Part shown: piece by piece, positions 48,111 to 60,420 of the stretch
How the letters are laid out: the number at the start of each line of letters is the position of its first letter
Position numbering within the stretch: position 1 is the first letter of the stretch
Assembly: GCA_036172245.1 (NCBI GenBank)
Contig: JAYWIR010000003.1
Location: forward strand, 3,968,001 to 4,032,000
DNA length: 64,000 nucleotides
DNA from: Raillietiella orientalis
Lineage: Eukaryota
Reading direction: 5' to 3'
The notes under the pieces: model-generated
The model's database searches: none
What the model was told of the DNA's origin: nothing
The model's input: only the letters and a program-made list of their open reading frames with translations
Made by a program: the position numbers and the translations under genes

Positions 48111-48812
48111 GAAAGAGTGCACCGTCCAGTAACTATGGTAACTGCGAGGGGCCCTGAATCACACAGATCCATATTTCGGATGATGCCTCACAAAGCAGTC
48201 CAGAAAACTTCTCCATCATCCACGCTTCCATCGCTCTTTGGATGCCTGATCACCAATACGCTGGCCGGGCGGGTTCCGGGCGTTCAGTCCTGAGGGAGTC
48301 TCCATTCTGGTGTGGAAGCGAACCATCCAGCCATCGCCGCTCAAGCGGAAGGTGGCTGGAGGTGCGTCCTCTCCGCCCCGGACCGCGGGCGAGTTTCTGG
48401 AAGAGCTGTCGAGTTTCGCTTCGCGGTGTCGCCCGGTCTCAGCTCCGATCCAAAGCGCTGCAAGACCCCGAAGAGGCTTCTGAGCCCGGCCCGCGGCGCT
48501 GCCTGAGGGCGGGCGAACGGCGACACACCGGTGAAGCGGGAGCTCTCCCGCACCGCTGCAGGAAAGAGCCGAACTCCTGGACGGCGGGAAGACGCGCGAG
48601 ATGGCGGACGCTGCCACCCCGCTTACCCGCGTACCACGTGAGGGTGGAATGAACTGTTGGGGCTGCTTCCCTCTTCCCTCCCCCCGACGAACTAGCACGT
48701 GGTGTGCCTCAACACTTCCGTGTGCCCACTTGGCTGTGCTGCGCAATGAGTTGTTAATAATATGTATAGGCTGTGCTAGCAGTAATATTATTGCAACAGA
48801 TATATTTATTAA

Positions 48813-49304
48813 CCCTTTAAGTGCGGAGTTCATCAGATTGAAAGGTTCCGTGCTGACGGCACGCGAGTCGCAGCTGCGATCCCCGCGGGCGGAGTGCTTT
48901 TTCGCGTACTCTATCAGAGGTGCCACCGATTGACTTTACAAAGTGCTGATCAAAGTTACTATTGTAATTGTGTATTTACACCACATTAAAGAAAATATTC
49001 GCATCTTTCCCAAGCACATTTCATTTATTTGAAAATTAGAATTCCAATAAAATCAATAACTCATTCACATTTTTAAGATATCACAAAGATGAAAAACAAC
49101 ATAATAAATTCCACACGACACTGAAAAAAAACGAGGGATCGTCAGTCGATGTAAATAGAATTTTGTTTACTGCCGTTGCTAAGGGAAATATAAGAACGTA
49201 AGTGTATGTGTCCACCTCAAACACGGATAGTGTTAACTTATGTCGCGTGTATGAGGTAAAAACATTTGCCAAACGCATAGATGCGTCCATAGCACTTAAA
49301 ACAA
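48813..49304. mobile_element. piggyBac-like non-autonomous element (MITE)
   Basis: Left end TTAA|CCCTTTAAGTGC (TTAA 48809-48812); right end GCACTTAAA(acaa)|TTAA (49292-49308), a degenerate inverted terminal repeat with TTAA flanks. AT-rich non-coding interior. Confidence 0.6.
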
Positions 49305-49319
49305 TTAAGATTCATTGAC

Positions 49320-49386
49320 ATTCATTTTATTAATAAAATTAATATAAGCTGTTGATTGTATTATTGATATGTATACTAAAGATTAT

Positions 49387-49430
<44 letters not shown>

Positions 49431-49720
49431 AATATATATATGTGCAATTTCTCTCTATATACAGATGTATGCTTTTACATCTCTATATATTTATATATAT
49501 TTATATTCATATATATATATTATCCATGTATATTAATGTGTATAAGAAGCATATTTATTTTTTACAGTCTTTAATATACATATCAAAATATAGTCATCCA
49601 CTTATATTAATTTTATTAATAAAATGGATGTCGCTGGATCTTTATAAATAGATCGGCTGCAATAATATTACCGTTAAATACTATGTATGTTAATAAATAT
49701 GAATAACTATGTATATTAAA
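49320..49720. repeat. AT-rich (TA)n/(GA)n compound microsatellite region
   Basis: Direct read; a similar AT-rich tract lies at 55020-55260. Confidence 0.9.
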
Positions 49721-50469
49721 ATAAACACATTTAGCCATGCAGATCAAGCGCACGTGTTCATCATTTTGCGGTCTGTCGGATTTTTGACGGGCACCGACTG
49801 CCTTCTTAGCGCCAACATGGAGGCTGCATGGAGTCTCTGCAAGACGCCATTGCGTATTGCTCTTCCTGATTCCCGATGCTCTTTCCACGACTCTCGAAAC
49901 GAGGGTTTCGGAGAGGCCAACGTAGATGAAGCCTAGCCACGATGATCCGAGTTCCTTGCATGATTTCATGATCACCTCAAGTGGCACTTATAAAAGAAGA
50001 AATCGCAACCGGTGATTGATGGTGAGGAGAAGTTGCGCTGATTGTTTCGGAATGCGAGGTCATTTCTTGAAAGAAACTCTCTTTCTCACTGATGAGGAAC
50101 TGGGCTCGCCGTGTCCATCCTTCGGGGTCAAATGCATCGCCGAGAAGGTACTTTTCAAATGTGGTGCTTCTTAGTTTAACGGCAGATGTCAGGATGAGAG
50201 TCTGGAAGGATGATTCGGAACGTGGAAGGTGAGCTCCCGTGGAACCTGCCCGTTGAGCGCCTGGTCTTCTCGACCTTACGGTCTGCTTAAAGCGAAATCA
50301 CCAACGTGTTAACATCACTGTGTTTGTCTATCGCAAGCCAAGTTCCAGAAGAAATCCAGAACTGAAACAAGAAACCAAGCTAGCGGGCAATTCCTCATCA
50401 CAACACGCTGAAGCATGACCGGGGTGCACATAATGTCGGCATGCATTGTGCTTGACGCAGAAAGCTTTA

Positions 50470-50980
50470 CAGCGATGGGAGCAACGTGGAAGTAACACGC
50501 CTGAAACGCTGGTGGGAAAGGAGTCCACTCTTGCACGCGAAGAGTGTTGATGGCCTTGAACTTCTATGGTTGAGCTGCATCGAGCTCCGTGGAGATGGGG
50601 ACACCCAACTCCGCATTTTCACCTGCCCGGCCCAGGATTGGACAGCATGGAAGGCGGTGACCGGCCTGCAGGCGGAGACGAAGATGGAGATCTTGGCGCG
50701 AATGTTTGGAGGGGACGGGAACATCCCCCGATACGATCCCATGGTTCGAACCGCCTTTTCGCTGACGTCCCCAGGCACGTTCCTGGGGACGACTTCGATG
50801 CCCCGTACCTGCCTTCCGCCCTGATTTCCCCGGAGCGCCTGTCTGTCCCCAGAGGCATGAGGAGGGAACGAGCCGCGAAAGAGGACTCCCCCGCCTCTCT
50901 GCGACTGCCAGCTGGGAACGTTTCCGCGTGTTGAAATGCCGCCCGCGGCTGCTGGCGCCCTCCGAACCGCCTCCTCCACA
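50470..50980 (-). mobile_element. Jockey-like LINE ORF2 post-RT remnant
   Basis: Minus ORF 50467..50979 contains RGIEV...EKAVRTMG...RAKISIFVSACRPVTAFHAVQSW, resembling YLG..KA....K..IY...RP.L.Y...W. Confidence 0.5.
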
Positions 50981-51204
50981 AATCAGTCCTCCGCCTTCAG
51001 CAGTGCCAACAGCCCGTGCTCAGGAACGGAACGTGACCTCGAACGACATGTGGAACAGGAAAGCGTAAGTCTCGCGAACGCGAAGGGAAGGCGTGGACGC
51101 CGCGACGGCCGCTGACAGGTTGTGTGGGGAAAGGAAGGCGTCCGTCCCCACGACCGGTTGGTACCGACGGACTGATCAATACAAAGCAGGAATTCATCAG
51201 CCAG

Positions 51205-51790
51205 AGGATTCCATGGCCAGAGGAATTGGCTTCAGCCACCTCGTGGCCGAAGGGAACCCATTTGAAGGTTCGCATCCCGCCCGGGAAAGGGTCGACGCCG
51301 AGAAATGCGGAGCGCATCGTGGGTTTCGAGTCGCAGGACGACGTTGGTTGGCCCGAAAGCTTCGGGTGCGGATGGGTAGCCGGGGGCATCCGGCTATCAA
51401 CCCTCCGGGGTCCTTCCAGGAACCAAGGAGCCGATTTCCTCCGGGATCCCCTCCGGTTGCGAAAAAGGGGCCGTACCTGGAGCTGGCTGATACTCTCCCT
51501 CGGGGAAGGGGTCTTTTCTGGAGAGTGTGAGAAGCGCTGTGCTCCCTTGGAAGCGTCCCTTAGGGATTCTCTTCAGAGGAGGATGCAAGGAGCGGTTCTC
51601 TTGTGGGTGCCTCCGGAGAAGAAATGGAGAGCAGCCCCTACAAATCGGGGACTCTCTCCGGAGAGAATGAGGAAGGGTTAGTCCCCTTCGGGTTCTCCTA
51701 CCTCTACCAAGAGTGAGAGGAACAGATTGCTTCCTCCGAAGCCCTCCTGGATTCATAGGGTGGTCCCTACAGGATTGTCCCCAAACTGAA
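51205..51790 (+). mobile_element. tRNA-headed SINE-like repeat (family A), copy 3
   Basis: A-box-like ATGGCCAGAGG (~51213), B-box-like GGTTCGCATCCC (51268-51279); body colinear with copies 1 and 2. Confidence 0.7.
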
Positions 51791-52599
51791 GGCTATCCTC
51801 AATGCCCCCACACTCCTGAAGGAGGTCCACCGAGTGTGAGCAGAGTGGAGAAGCGCACCGTCTCCATTCTCCAGAATAATTTTCTGGAACACGGGTGGGG
51901 GGGGGGAGAATAGTTTGAGATCGGTAGAAGGGACGGAGATGGTGCAGAGGGATCCTCCAAAATGGAAAGTCCAATGAATTTGTATCTCTGTCCTGGATCG
52001 GATCAGGTGGACCTTGTGACGGACCTGCCTACCGGAAATGCTGCCTGCTGTTTCTGGGGCACGGATTCGTCAGCCGGAAAGCCAAAGAGGTCTGCTTCGA
52101 GACGCCGCAGAGGATCCGCACGAAGTGGTGGATGCGATGGGCGGTGCGATTAGGAGAGGAGCTGCAGGAGAAGGCGAAAGGGCAGCAAGAGACTCCTCCT
52201 AGCTCTGGTTCAGCTGAATTCCAATGAAGGAACAGACGTTAACAGCCATCTTCCTCCTCATTACGAGCATCGCGATAAGAAGGCAAAGATGATGCGGAGC
52301 GACAGTGCCTTCCACGAACTTCATCCAAGGAGGGATTAGGAGGGAAATAGGGTTCAGAAACTGCAGCAGGGTACCCGCCTGGACTTGCTGTTGGATCTTG
52401 AAGAAGATGGCGGGTGAATGGACTGCCCACCGGACACTAGTCCCCAATGGAGAAGGCTTTCCCAAAAGTGAACAAAGAAAGTGACAGTTGGTGACTTGAA
52501 GTGCCAGACTCGAGAAAGTGTCTGCAAAAATGTATTCTTGAAATTCCTGTTTGGTTGTTTGATAAATTCACCCCTCCGCTGGAGGGACTGGGGACAATC

Positions 52600-54170
52600 T
52601 GTGGTACAGTGGCAAGGAGCTACGACGGAGACCCATCCAAAGAAGCCCCAGCATTTCCTGTATGGATGTCTTCGTGCACCGCTTACACGGATGTTCCCCA
52701 CCGCGAAACATCGACTTGCAGCATCCTCCGTGATGATGGATAAGTGTGCAGGCTCCCTGTGTTTCTATTTGCTGCGGAGTGGCTGCGGCTGCTGCAGGGT
52801 TGCCTTTCCGAAGTGCGAGGTTTCCTTCTTAATCAAACAGTGAGCCTGATTGATTCACTACGAGATACATTTAGGGGGTGAGCTGCTGGCGCATCAATGT
52901 TTCAGTAGCGTTATGGGAGCCGAATCAATCCTCTTCCTGACAGCCCTGCCTCTTCTTTGGCCATCTCTTGAAACACTCGAACGTTCCAGAGGGTGCCAGA
53001 GTGTGTGCCTTCACGTGCGCCTTCGGGGTAATTCGTTGCTTCATTTTCTGCGTGCGGCTCTTTTCTTGCAGCCACTGCAAGCTTTCCTGCCGACTTCTTC
53101 CCACCTGGATTCAGTCTGGTGCCCTTTTCTAAGCAAAGGGACTTCAAGACTCTCTTTTTTGTTTGTTTTTTTGCATGCTTTTTTTTGGGGGGGGGGGTCA
53201 ATTAGGGATGATGTCAGCCCCCGTAGACCCAATAGGAGAGCGAATGGACATCGATCCCACATGAAAGAGGAAGCAGGAGGCCCCGATGAAGACCCACCAA
53301 CTCCTCAGCACTGTGGGAAAAAGAGCAGGCATTGGTAGTTCCATGCTTCCTTCCCGTTCCACGGGAGACAAGGATACGGATATACCAAAAGTCTAGACTA
53401 TTGAGCTGGGGTGAGCTCCTGGGAATCCCACAAGAGGACCTCGAGTGGCCTCCCCAGCGCTGAAGAACAACCGGACCCTCCCCCTGAAGTGTCAGGAGTC
53501 GGCACTACAGCTGTTGCACTGGGGTCGCCCGTGCAACGCCCGCCGGTCTCACTGGACCCAAGGGGCTGTAGACCCAACTGTTGCAGGTGCGGGGAACGGG
53601 AATCTCTCCCGCACCTGCTTGTAGACTGTGCTGCCCTCTGGTCCCTGTGATTGCGTTACGCAACTGCCCTTGGTGCACCGGCACCTTGACAATCCCAGGG
53701 AAGTGACGAAGTGCCTCTTCGTGCGCGATGCCCTTTTCGCCTACCGCATCTCCAGCAGCTCTTTGCTGCTGCCTACGCGGGATTGTGGCGGCCTGGAGCT
53801 ACACGAGAAAAGGACGGGGCAATAGGGACACCATCTGCTTCGCCCTGCGCTTCCTGAGGACAGCAGCAAGATGACACCACCTGGAGCACACTTGGATGGA
53901 ACTTGCTGGCATCCTGGAAAGAATAAAGAGGACGCCCTCCAGAGGACAGTAATCCCTTACCGCTCTCCCCAGAGGTTTTTTTTTTATTATTCATTTTTAC
54001 TTTATTTTTATTTTTGTTTGCCCTTCCGCTGCCGAGGCGAACCTCGCCGGTCTACGTGCCGGTCACTCTGCAGGTCCGAACATTTTCGGACGATGTAGGA
54101 ACGATGGCCCCACACATGTACGTCTTTTATTTTTACAATAAACGCCCTGGCGTTACCGGGCGTAAAACCA
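52600..54170 (+). mobile_element. L1/Tx1-like LINE, copy 2 (decayed RT remnant, CCHC knuckle and 3' UTR)
   Basis: EWLRLLQGCLSEV, AALFLQPL and RDDVS (L1-type LF.L.LEPL ... YADDV), then LLHWGRPCNA...CCRCGERESLPHLLVDC; AATAAA at 54137-54142. The 5' boundary is uncertain. Confidence 0.7.
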
Positions 54171-55759
54171 AAGGTCCAGATGCACCACTCGGGAATACGA
54201 ACAGCTCACTACCAATGGCAACGGTCACAGGATGCGGACGGTTCCGATACTGCGGAAGAACCGTTGGACGGTTCGCCCACGGGACACGCGAAGTGTGGAA
54301 AAATCCGAACAACCTCTCGTGGTCCAAACCAGCAGAGAGGGATCTCCGGGAATGCATCCACCAGGAAACAAGGTAGTTCTTGCCACGGCTTCCAGCGGCT
54401 GCGGAAGAAAGAACAAGAAGCAGCGAGCGGCTTGAGAGACACCGTCTAGAGGAGCGAACTACCACCGGACACACAGGACGATCACATCCAGGGGAGACCA
54501 GAATATCGGACAGGCAGCGTCCAGAACGAGTTCCGCAAGGTGCGTAGGGCCAACAGAACTCAGCTCCAGGCCTCTGCCCGGCCCAACGCTGGCAGCAGGG
54601 CTGGAAGGCTCTGAAGACGGCGTCGGGACGAGGCAGCACGAGGATAGAAATCCTGGGCGGGACTGCTCGAAGGGAACGATCCCACGGCGAAGGCGACCAT
54701 CCCTCTCTGCTCCACGAGCGAAAGAGTGAGGTGGCGCTATGAACGGAGATGTTTCGGCACAGCTGCGAACCGTGCGAACACTGCGTTGGTGTTCGAGCCT
54801 CGCTCCAGCGACCTCGCCCACCTCCTGTCCGACCCGGGTGGGGAGGGAATATCGAGATGAGCTGCGTTCGTCTTGCAGGTCTTCGTTTCGGCTGCGCCGA
54901 TGGCCTCCGCTCGCAGCTGCTTGCCAACGGAACGGCGGCGCTGCACGGCAGGACAGCAGGTTCACTATGCTGGCGCCGGGTTTGGTTCCAAATCCCGAAC
55001 GCCGGAATAGTGAAAGACATAAGAAATAAATATACTACCTATTTACACATACATTAACATGCAAATTTACTTTCACATACGTATTTATTCATATTCATTA
55101 ACATACATGTTAATATAATCAATACTATGTATTCACATAGTATATATATATATACTTGAAAAAGAAATGTGTTATAATTCGATTTGCACATGCATATTTA
55201 ATAGGCATTCATTATACATATAGGTACATATTAATGCATGTACTAAACACATCTATTCAATGTGCATATCGTGGAAGCGCGCCGCGCAAAGGCCTGCGAG
55301 GCGGCGCCTTCCTTTCCCGTGAAAGCGCGCTTCTACCTCGGAGTTCTTCCCGAAGCTCTCCCGGGATCGAGCCCGGCGATGCCCACTGAAGACACCCAAA
55401 GCGCGTCCGCCGGTCTCGTTCCAGCCAAGGTGCGACTCGAAGATGCCGATTCCTTTCAGCGGAGGAAAGAGAGAAACATCGTCCACGAAACCCGGAGCAG
55501 CACTCCAGGGCCGTGTTCTCCCGCGCGACGCACCCTTCCACCCCTCTTTAGTGCATCCTTCGGATACTCTTTCAGAGCACCTAAACACAGCCGGCTGCGC
55601 GTCCTCCCCGATCCTGAGAATCCTCGATGGGTTTCCTTTTCAAGACCGCTGCATCAGATGCATAACTGGTTGGATCGAGGGGTGACCGAACCCTCTCCCC
55701 GTAAGCATGGTCGTTCGATTCGCTGACCCCGCGTGGGGTTGTCATCTTCGACGTTCCTG

Positions 55760-56450
55760 AATTCACCCAGGTGCGCTGGGGCGTTTATTTCACGCAAAAA
55801 ATAAACATTTGCAGCCCCCGTGGTTGGACCAGTGGTCCAACCACGTCCTTTTCAGATCAAACCTGCCGCGTTATTGGTGCGCAGACTGCTGAGGTCCGCC
55901 ACGGCAGCAGAGGGGAGGGGCGAACAAAAAGAAAAAAATAAATAAATAAACTTGGGGAGGGCGGGAAGGGGTCACGTTCTACTGAGCGTGGTCCTCTGCA
56001 TCCTGTCGAGGATACCGGCAAGCTCTTGCCGCATGCTGTTCTTCAGGTGGGGCCATTTTGTCGCCATCCTCAGGAAGCGCACAACGAAGTGGATGTGGCA
56101 CCCCTGTCGGGCCTCCCTCTTGAAACACAATCCCGCGTAGGCAGCAGCAGAGAGCTGCTGGCGAGGCTACCGGCCGAACGGCGTTGCGTAGAAGGAGGGG
56201 GTCGTGAAGCGTCCCTGCAGTTAGTTGCCTCCAGAGGCTCCTAAGGTCGCGGCGAAGCGTTCCCAGAGGAGCCGGAGGGCAACGCAATCCGCAAGTAGGT
56301 GCGTGAGGGATTCGCGCTCCCCTCACCTGCCACAGTTCGGGTCCGTCCCTTCCCTCCGTATCCAGTGACGCCGACGGGTGTTGCACGGGAGGCGCCTGTG
56401 TTTGGAGGTGCTGCTTGTCTGACGAGGTTCTCAGCGAGGAAGTTCTCACC
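55760..56450 (-). mobile_element. L1/Tx1-like LINE 3' end, copy 3
   Basis: Reverse complement matches 3590-4230, e.g. GGGGAGCGCGAATCCCT, TGAGGATGGCG and GGATGCAGAGGAC. AATAAA on the minus strand at 55784-55789. Confidence 0.75.
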
Positions 56451-57399
56451 TCAAGCGCGTCGCGTTCAGGTGACAGGCGCGCTCCCTGCTGAGCCACTGA
56501 GGACGAAAAGCAGCGCCCATTGCGGACCCCGGGGGGAAGCTGAGCAAAGGAGGGAGGAAAAATCGATCCCCGTTGAAGGGAAGAAGCAGGAAGCGAGGTC
56601 GAAACTACCCCTCGGTCCCCTCCCGCCATGGTCCGGATGCTGTCCGCAGCACGAGCGTAGGTATCCTGTCTCCACCTGCACCGGCTCGCGCCACCGTCCC
56701 CTTCGGCGTCTCGAGCGGATGAGGAAAGTGTCCGGAAGCGGAAGCGGCGGCGGACTCCAAGGCGGGCGCAGGGGTACCCTGGAGGTTGGTGGGTTTCGAG
56801 ATGGCAGGACGGTGCCTTGTCCGTGGACGCGCTTCCCTCCTCCTTGCTCGGAGCCCGCCGATGCGGTTCGCTCCCCGACACCCCTCGCGAGGGTCCGACG
56901 CGAGCTCACGCCGCAGCCGCCAACTCTGAGCGCGCACCTCTTCGGCCATCTTCCGACCTCTCGGCAATGAGCGGCTTTGGAGGACGCCGAATCGGCGCCC
57001 CTCCGAAAGCGACGCGCCGTCTTCGCCTCCTTCGTCGTCGCTTGCGCTCCTGCCGAGGAACCGGCTGGTACCTCCGACCACCCTGCGGGAGAGACACTCC
57101 ATCGTCGTCGTCCCGGAAACGCCCCCCCTGGAGCTGCTGCGAGGGATCCGCTTTTGTTTCAGGAGATGCATTGTCGGTGCCAGGGAGAGGACACTCCTCT
57201 GCGAATCTCCTGAAGCATGGGGAGTGGCAAAGTTCGAAACGTTTGCGGATTCCCGGTGGCACAGAAGAGAGGCGGGGCGGGAGGCAGGAAAGCGTCTTCT
57301 CGCCGTCCTTTCGAGTGGCGAAGAGTCCACGTGGGCGAAACACTGCATGAAAAGTTGGCGCCGGGGCGCGCGAAGATCTCGTCTGCGCATTTCGAAAGC

Positions 57400-57800
57400 A
57401 TCTTCGAGGAAGGCGTCAAAGCTTCCTACCTTTCCCCTCACTCGCTTTCCCATCCTGAAGACGGCTGGCGTGAATTTCCTTCGTCCGTTGGTTGGCGCCT
57501 TTTGTGTTTTTCCCTCTGAAGACTGCGTATCTCCCGAAACCCAGTGGACGAGGAGCGACTGTCGGGGGAGCTACCCTTCTGTGTTGATGCAAGGCAAAAA
57601 TTCTGAGCGATTTCTTGCTCGAATGCTTCCCAGATAAAGGACTCTTCCGTTGCCGCCTTCTCCACAAATTCAGAGTCCCACGGCTCTCCGCGTTTCTCCC
57701 GAAGCTGTTGTGGTTGCTTATTCTTCTTGAAAATCAGGCAAACGCGAGCTTGACTGCCGCCGTTTCAGCTCCAGCGTGCAACTCGGGTATGCTGCAAAAT
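57400..57800 (-). mobile_element. possible LINE RT remnant
   Basis: W..A.V...LIFKKNK followed downstream by an AFD-like stretch on the minus strand. Weak. Confidence 0.3.
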
Positions 57801-59079
57801 TTTCTGGAATGGCTGAAGGCATCACGAACACACGCTGCCATGTCTAATTTCGGTATCCATAGGGATTATTAGACACATCGCACCTTGGAACATAATCAGC
57901 TCGTTAGGGGCTCCTTGAACTTCCTTGTTTAGGCATGGATGAAGGACCGGATTTTCTATCCTAAAGTCCAACTTTTAGATTGAAAAAAAAGAAAAAAAGA
58001 AATGAAATCGGACGTCCTTCTTTATGTGGAGCACGGAGAAAGCGTTCTTCATTGAAATAATTACTCGTTGCTAAAAAGACATTGATGAAAGTGCTAAGGG
58101 GCACTGACGTTTCGTTCTGCATTCGCGCGCTCGCAGTGGCCTGTGGATGTGTAGTTTATTCACAGGTACAGCAAGCACGTGACCTGAAGAAAACAAAATT
58201 CCCAGGGGGACATGTAACGGACGTGACTCTTGGAAACAGCTTCAGAACTGAAGTCATCTCTCTGGAATTATTTTTTTTCCTCTTGCGCTGTCACAAGCGT
58301 AGGTGATCGGCAGCACCGTGGGCACTGTTTCTCCAAGTGATGGTTGCACCCAAACAGCAGCTGAAAATCGTCCTTAACCGAACTCTTGACCTGACTCCAC
58401 TAGCGACCACTTCCTTCCGGCGGTGCCCTCCCTACGATGTTTGTGTCTCCGTTCTGAATCCCGAGTCGTGTTTCGATCGCAAGCAATTTGAATCATCCGG
58501 GACACTTCGTCCCTTTGAATTCTCTCCAGTACTGCATGCGTGCTTAAAACCTGGCAGAGGGAAAATTCCTGCGAGTTTCGAGCGGCGTAAACGGCACTGA
58601 ATTCCAAAGCCGATGGCCATTCATTACGTGAGAAACATTGCAAATGAGCGGCAACCATCAGGCAAGAGTGCCATCTAGAAGTGAAACCTCGAACGTTGGA
58701 TGTCTTCCTCAACTCGATGAGCACCTACAAGTGCAGCTCTCGATTGTTTCCCTCTCGGGGAAGGGATGACTGAAAACGCGTTGCTAAGACGAAGGCCACC
58801 GTCCAGGAACCGGGACGTCTGGAACGGAACAGGATTTGCGCAAACACATTATCAGAACATGCAGGAACCGTTAAGAGAGGCAGGTTGTAAAGCGTGGTCC
58901 CCTGAAGTCGAGAGCACTTCCCTTCGGAATCGAGTTTCGGAGACGGATTCTAGATGAGCGCTTCAGCGCCAGCGGCAATCCAACGGAAGCAACCTCTGTG
59001 GCCTGCTGAGGCTGAAAACGAAATCCCTATTAGCGTTTTGAGCACACGGAAATTTGGTGTTCCAGTTCCCTGCCACTTT

Positions 59080-59830
59080 CGATTTGCGAAGACGGCCCCC
59101 AGATTCATGACAGGGTCCTGGTAAGCTGAGAGATGAAAGATGCGGTTCAATTCCTTTCATGCATGCATAATTTTCTTCCCTCACGCAAAATTATATGGCA
59201 CATCAACAACCGGTTCAACATCCACTCATCCTTGATTTTTGACATCTGCAAAGTTCCAGATGATTTCCTGCGTGTGTTTTCGTGAAATATTGGATCACTG
59301 GGGTTCTTCCAGGTGCAAGGATGCATATCCTGCAGTCTCCACGGAAACTGATTCTGCAAGCAGCTCTGTGTAGACGGAAGACGGAAGCTTGGCATCCCAA
59401 GAACGGACCAAATCCAATCTGCCCACTCGTACGTGCTGCAGGATCAGTGGAAATGAGCGACCTTTCTCAGTCTCGGAAGGACTCCGGAGAGTGGCACGAG
59501 AGTGCCCTCTATCAAGAAGCTCCCAAGGATAAGCAAGAGGTCGCCGTTTCACTTTCTTTTTGGTTTCATGAGCCCTCTGTGACTCTGAATGCCTCCCTTC
59601 TCATCCTGGAAACACAGTTGGACCTGCGGATGCATCTGATACATCCGGATGATGGATGCGATTTTGTTTGAGTGCAGGATCCACGAAGATCCAAGATTCC
59701 TTCTCCTGAGTTGTGTTTGGTTAAACACATTGCTGCTCTTCTAAGAATTTCTTCCGGGTATGTTGGGTGATCTGGATTTATGGGTCGATGCTTCTAGATT
59801 CCATCAGATTAAGAACCTTCTCTACAAGAA
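59080..59830 (+). mobile_element. possible CR1/Jockey-like LINE RT remnant
   Basis: FN..SSL...KVPDDF and FWFHEPSVTLNASLLIL (FGF....ST..AL-like). Decayed. Confidence 0.35.
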
Positions 59831-59919
59831 ATTATTTGTGTTATCCACCTCGTAAAATGTTCGGATTTGTTCTCCAGTGCGACGAAAGAGTGACTTTATT
59901 TTACTAGTGATTAACAGAT

Positions 59920-60420
59920 CATCCCTTTTCCAGAATATCCTTTCTAATTGAATTAACTTGACCCTCCGTGGACCAAATGGTTAGCCAGTCCGGCTCGCGG
60001 TGGGGTGAATTTATTCGAACAAACCATGCACTCTGTACAATCACACGAACAGCACGACCCACAACCACTGATGGGGCTTGCGTGGGTTCAACACTACACC
60101 GTCCTGGCCGCACAATTCAGGATTCTGAGGCAGTGCTGGAACTCTTCCGCACGCCCGGACGTTTACCTCCCTTTTCAGAAGTCCTGAGAGAATGTCTCGG
60201 GCAGTACACACATGCCCGTGGGTCAACTTGGTCCATCTGACGAGGATGCTCCTCAGGAAGAAGGAGACGACCACCGGCACGGTAGGGACCAAGTGGTCAG
60301 CCCGGGCTTTCAAATCTTGAGCATGGACCAGACTATCGCAAGAGGCGGTGGTGAGTCAGGTTCTGCAAATGTGCGCACTTTGCTGTATCATTCTACGTAA
60401 CTTGGACTCGAATTCGATTT
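59920..60420 (-). mobile_element. Jockey-like LINE ORF2 C-terminal remnant
   Basis: RVIVQSAWFVRINSPHREPDWLTI matches the I..APWFVRN..LHRDL...TI tail of Jockey-group ORF2. Confidence 0.55.
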
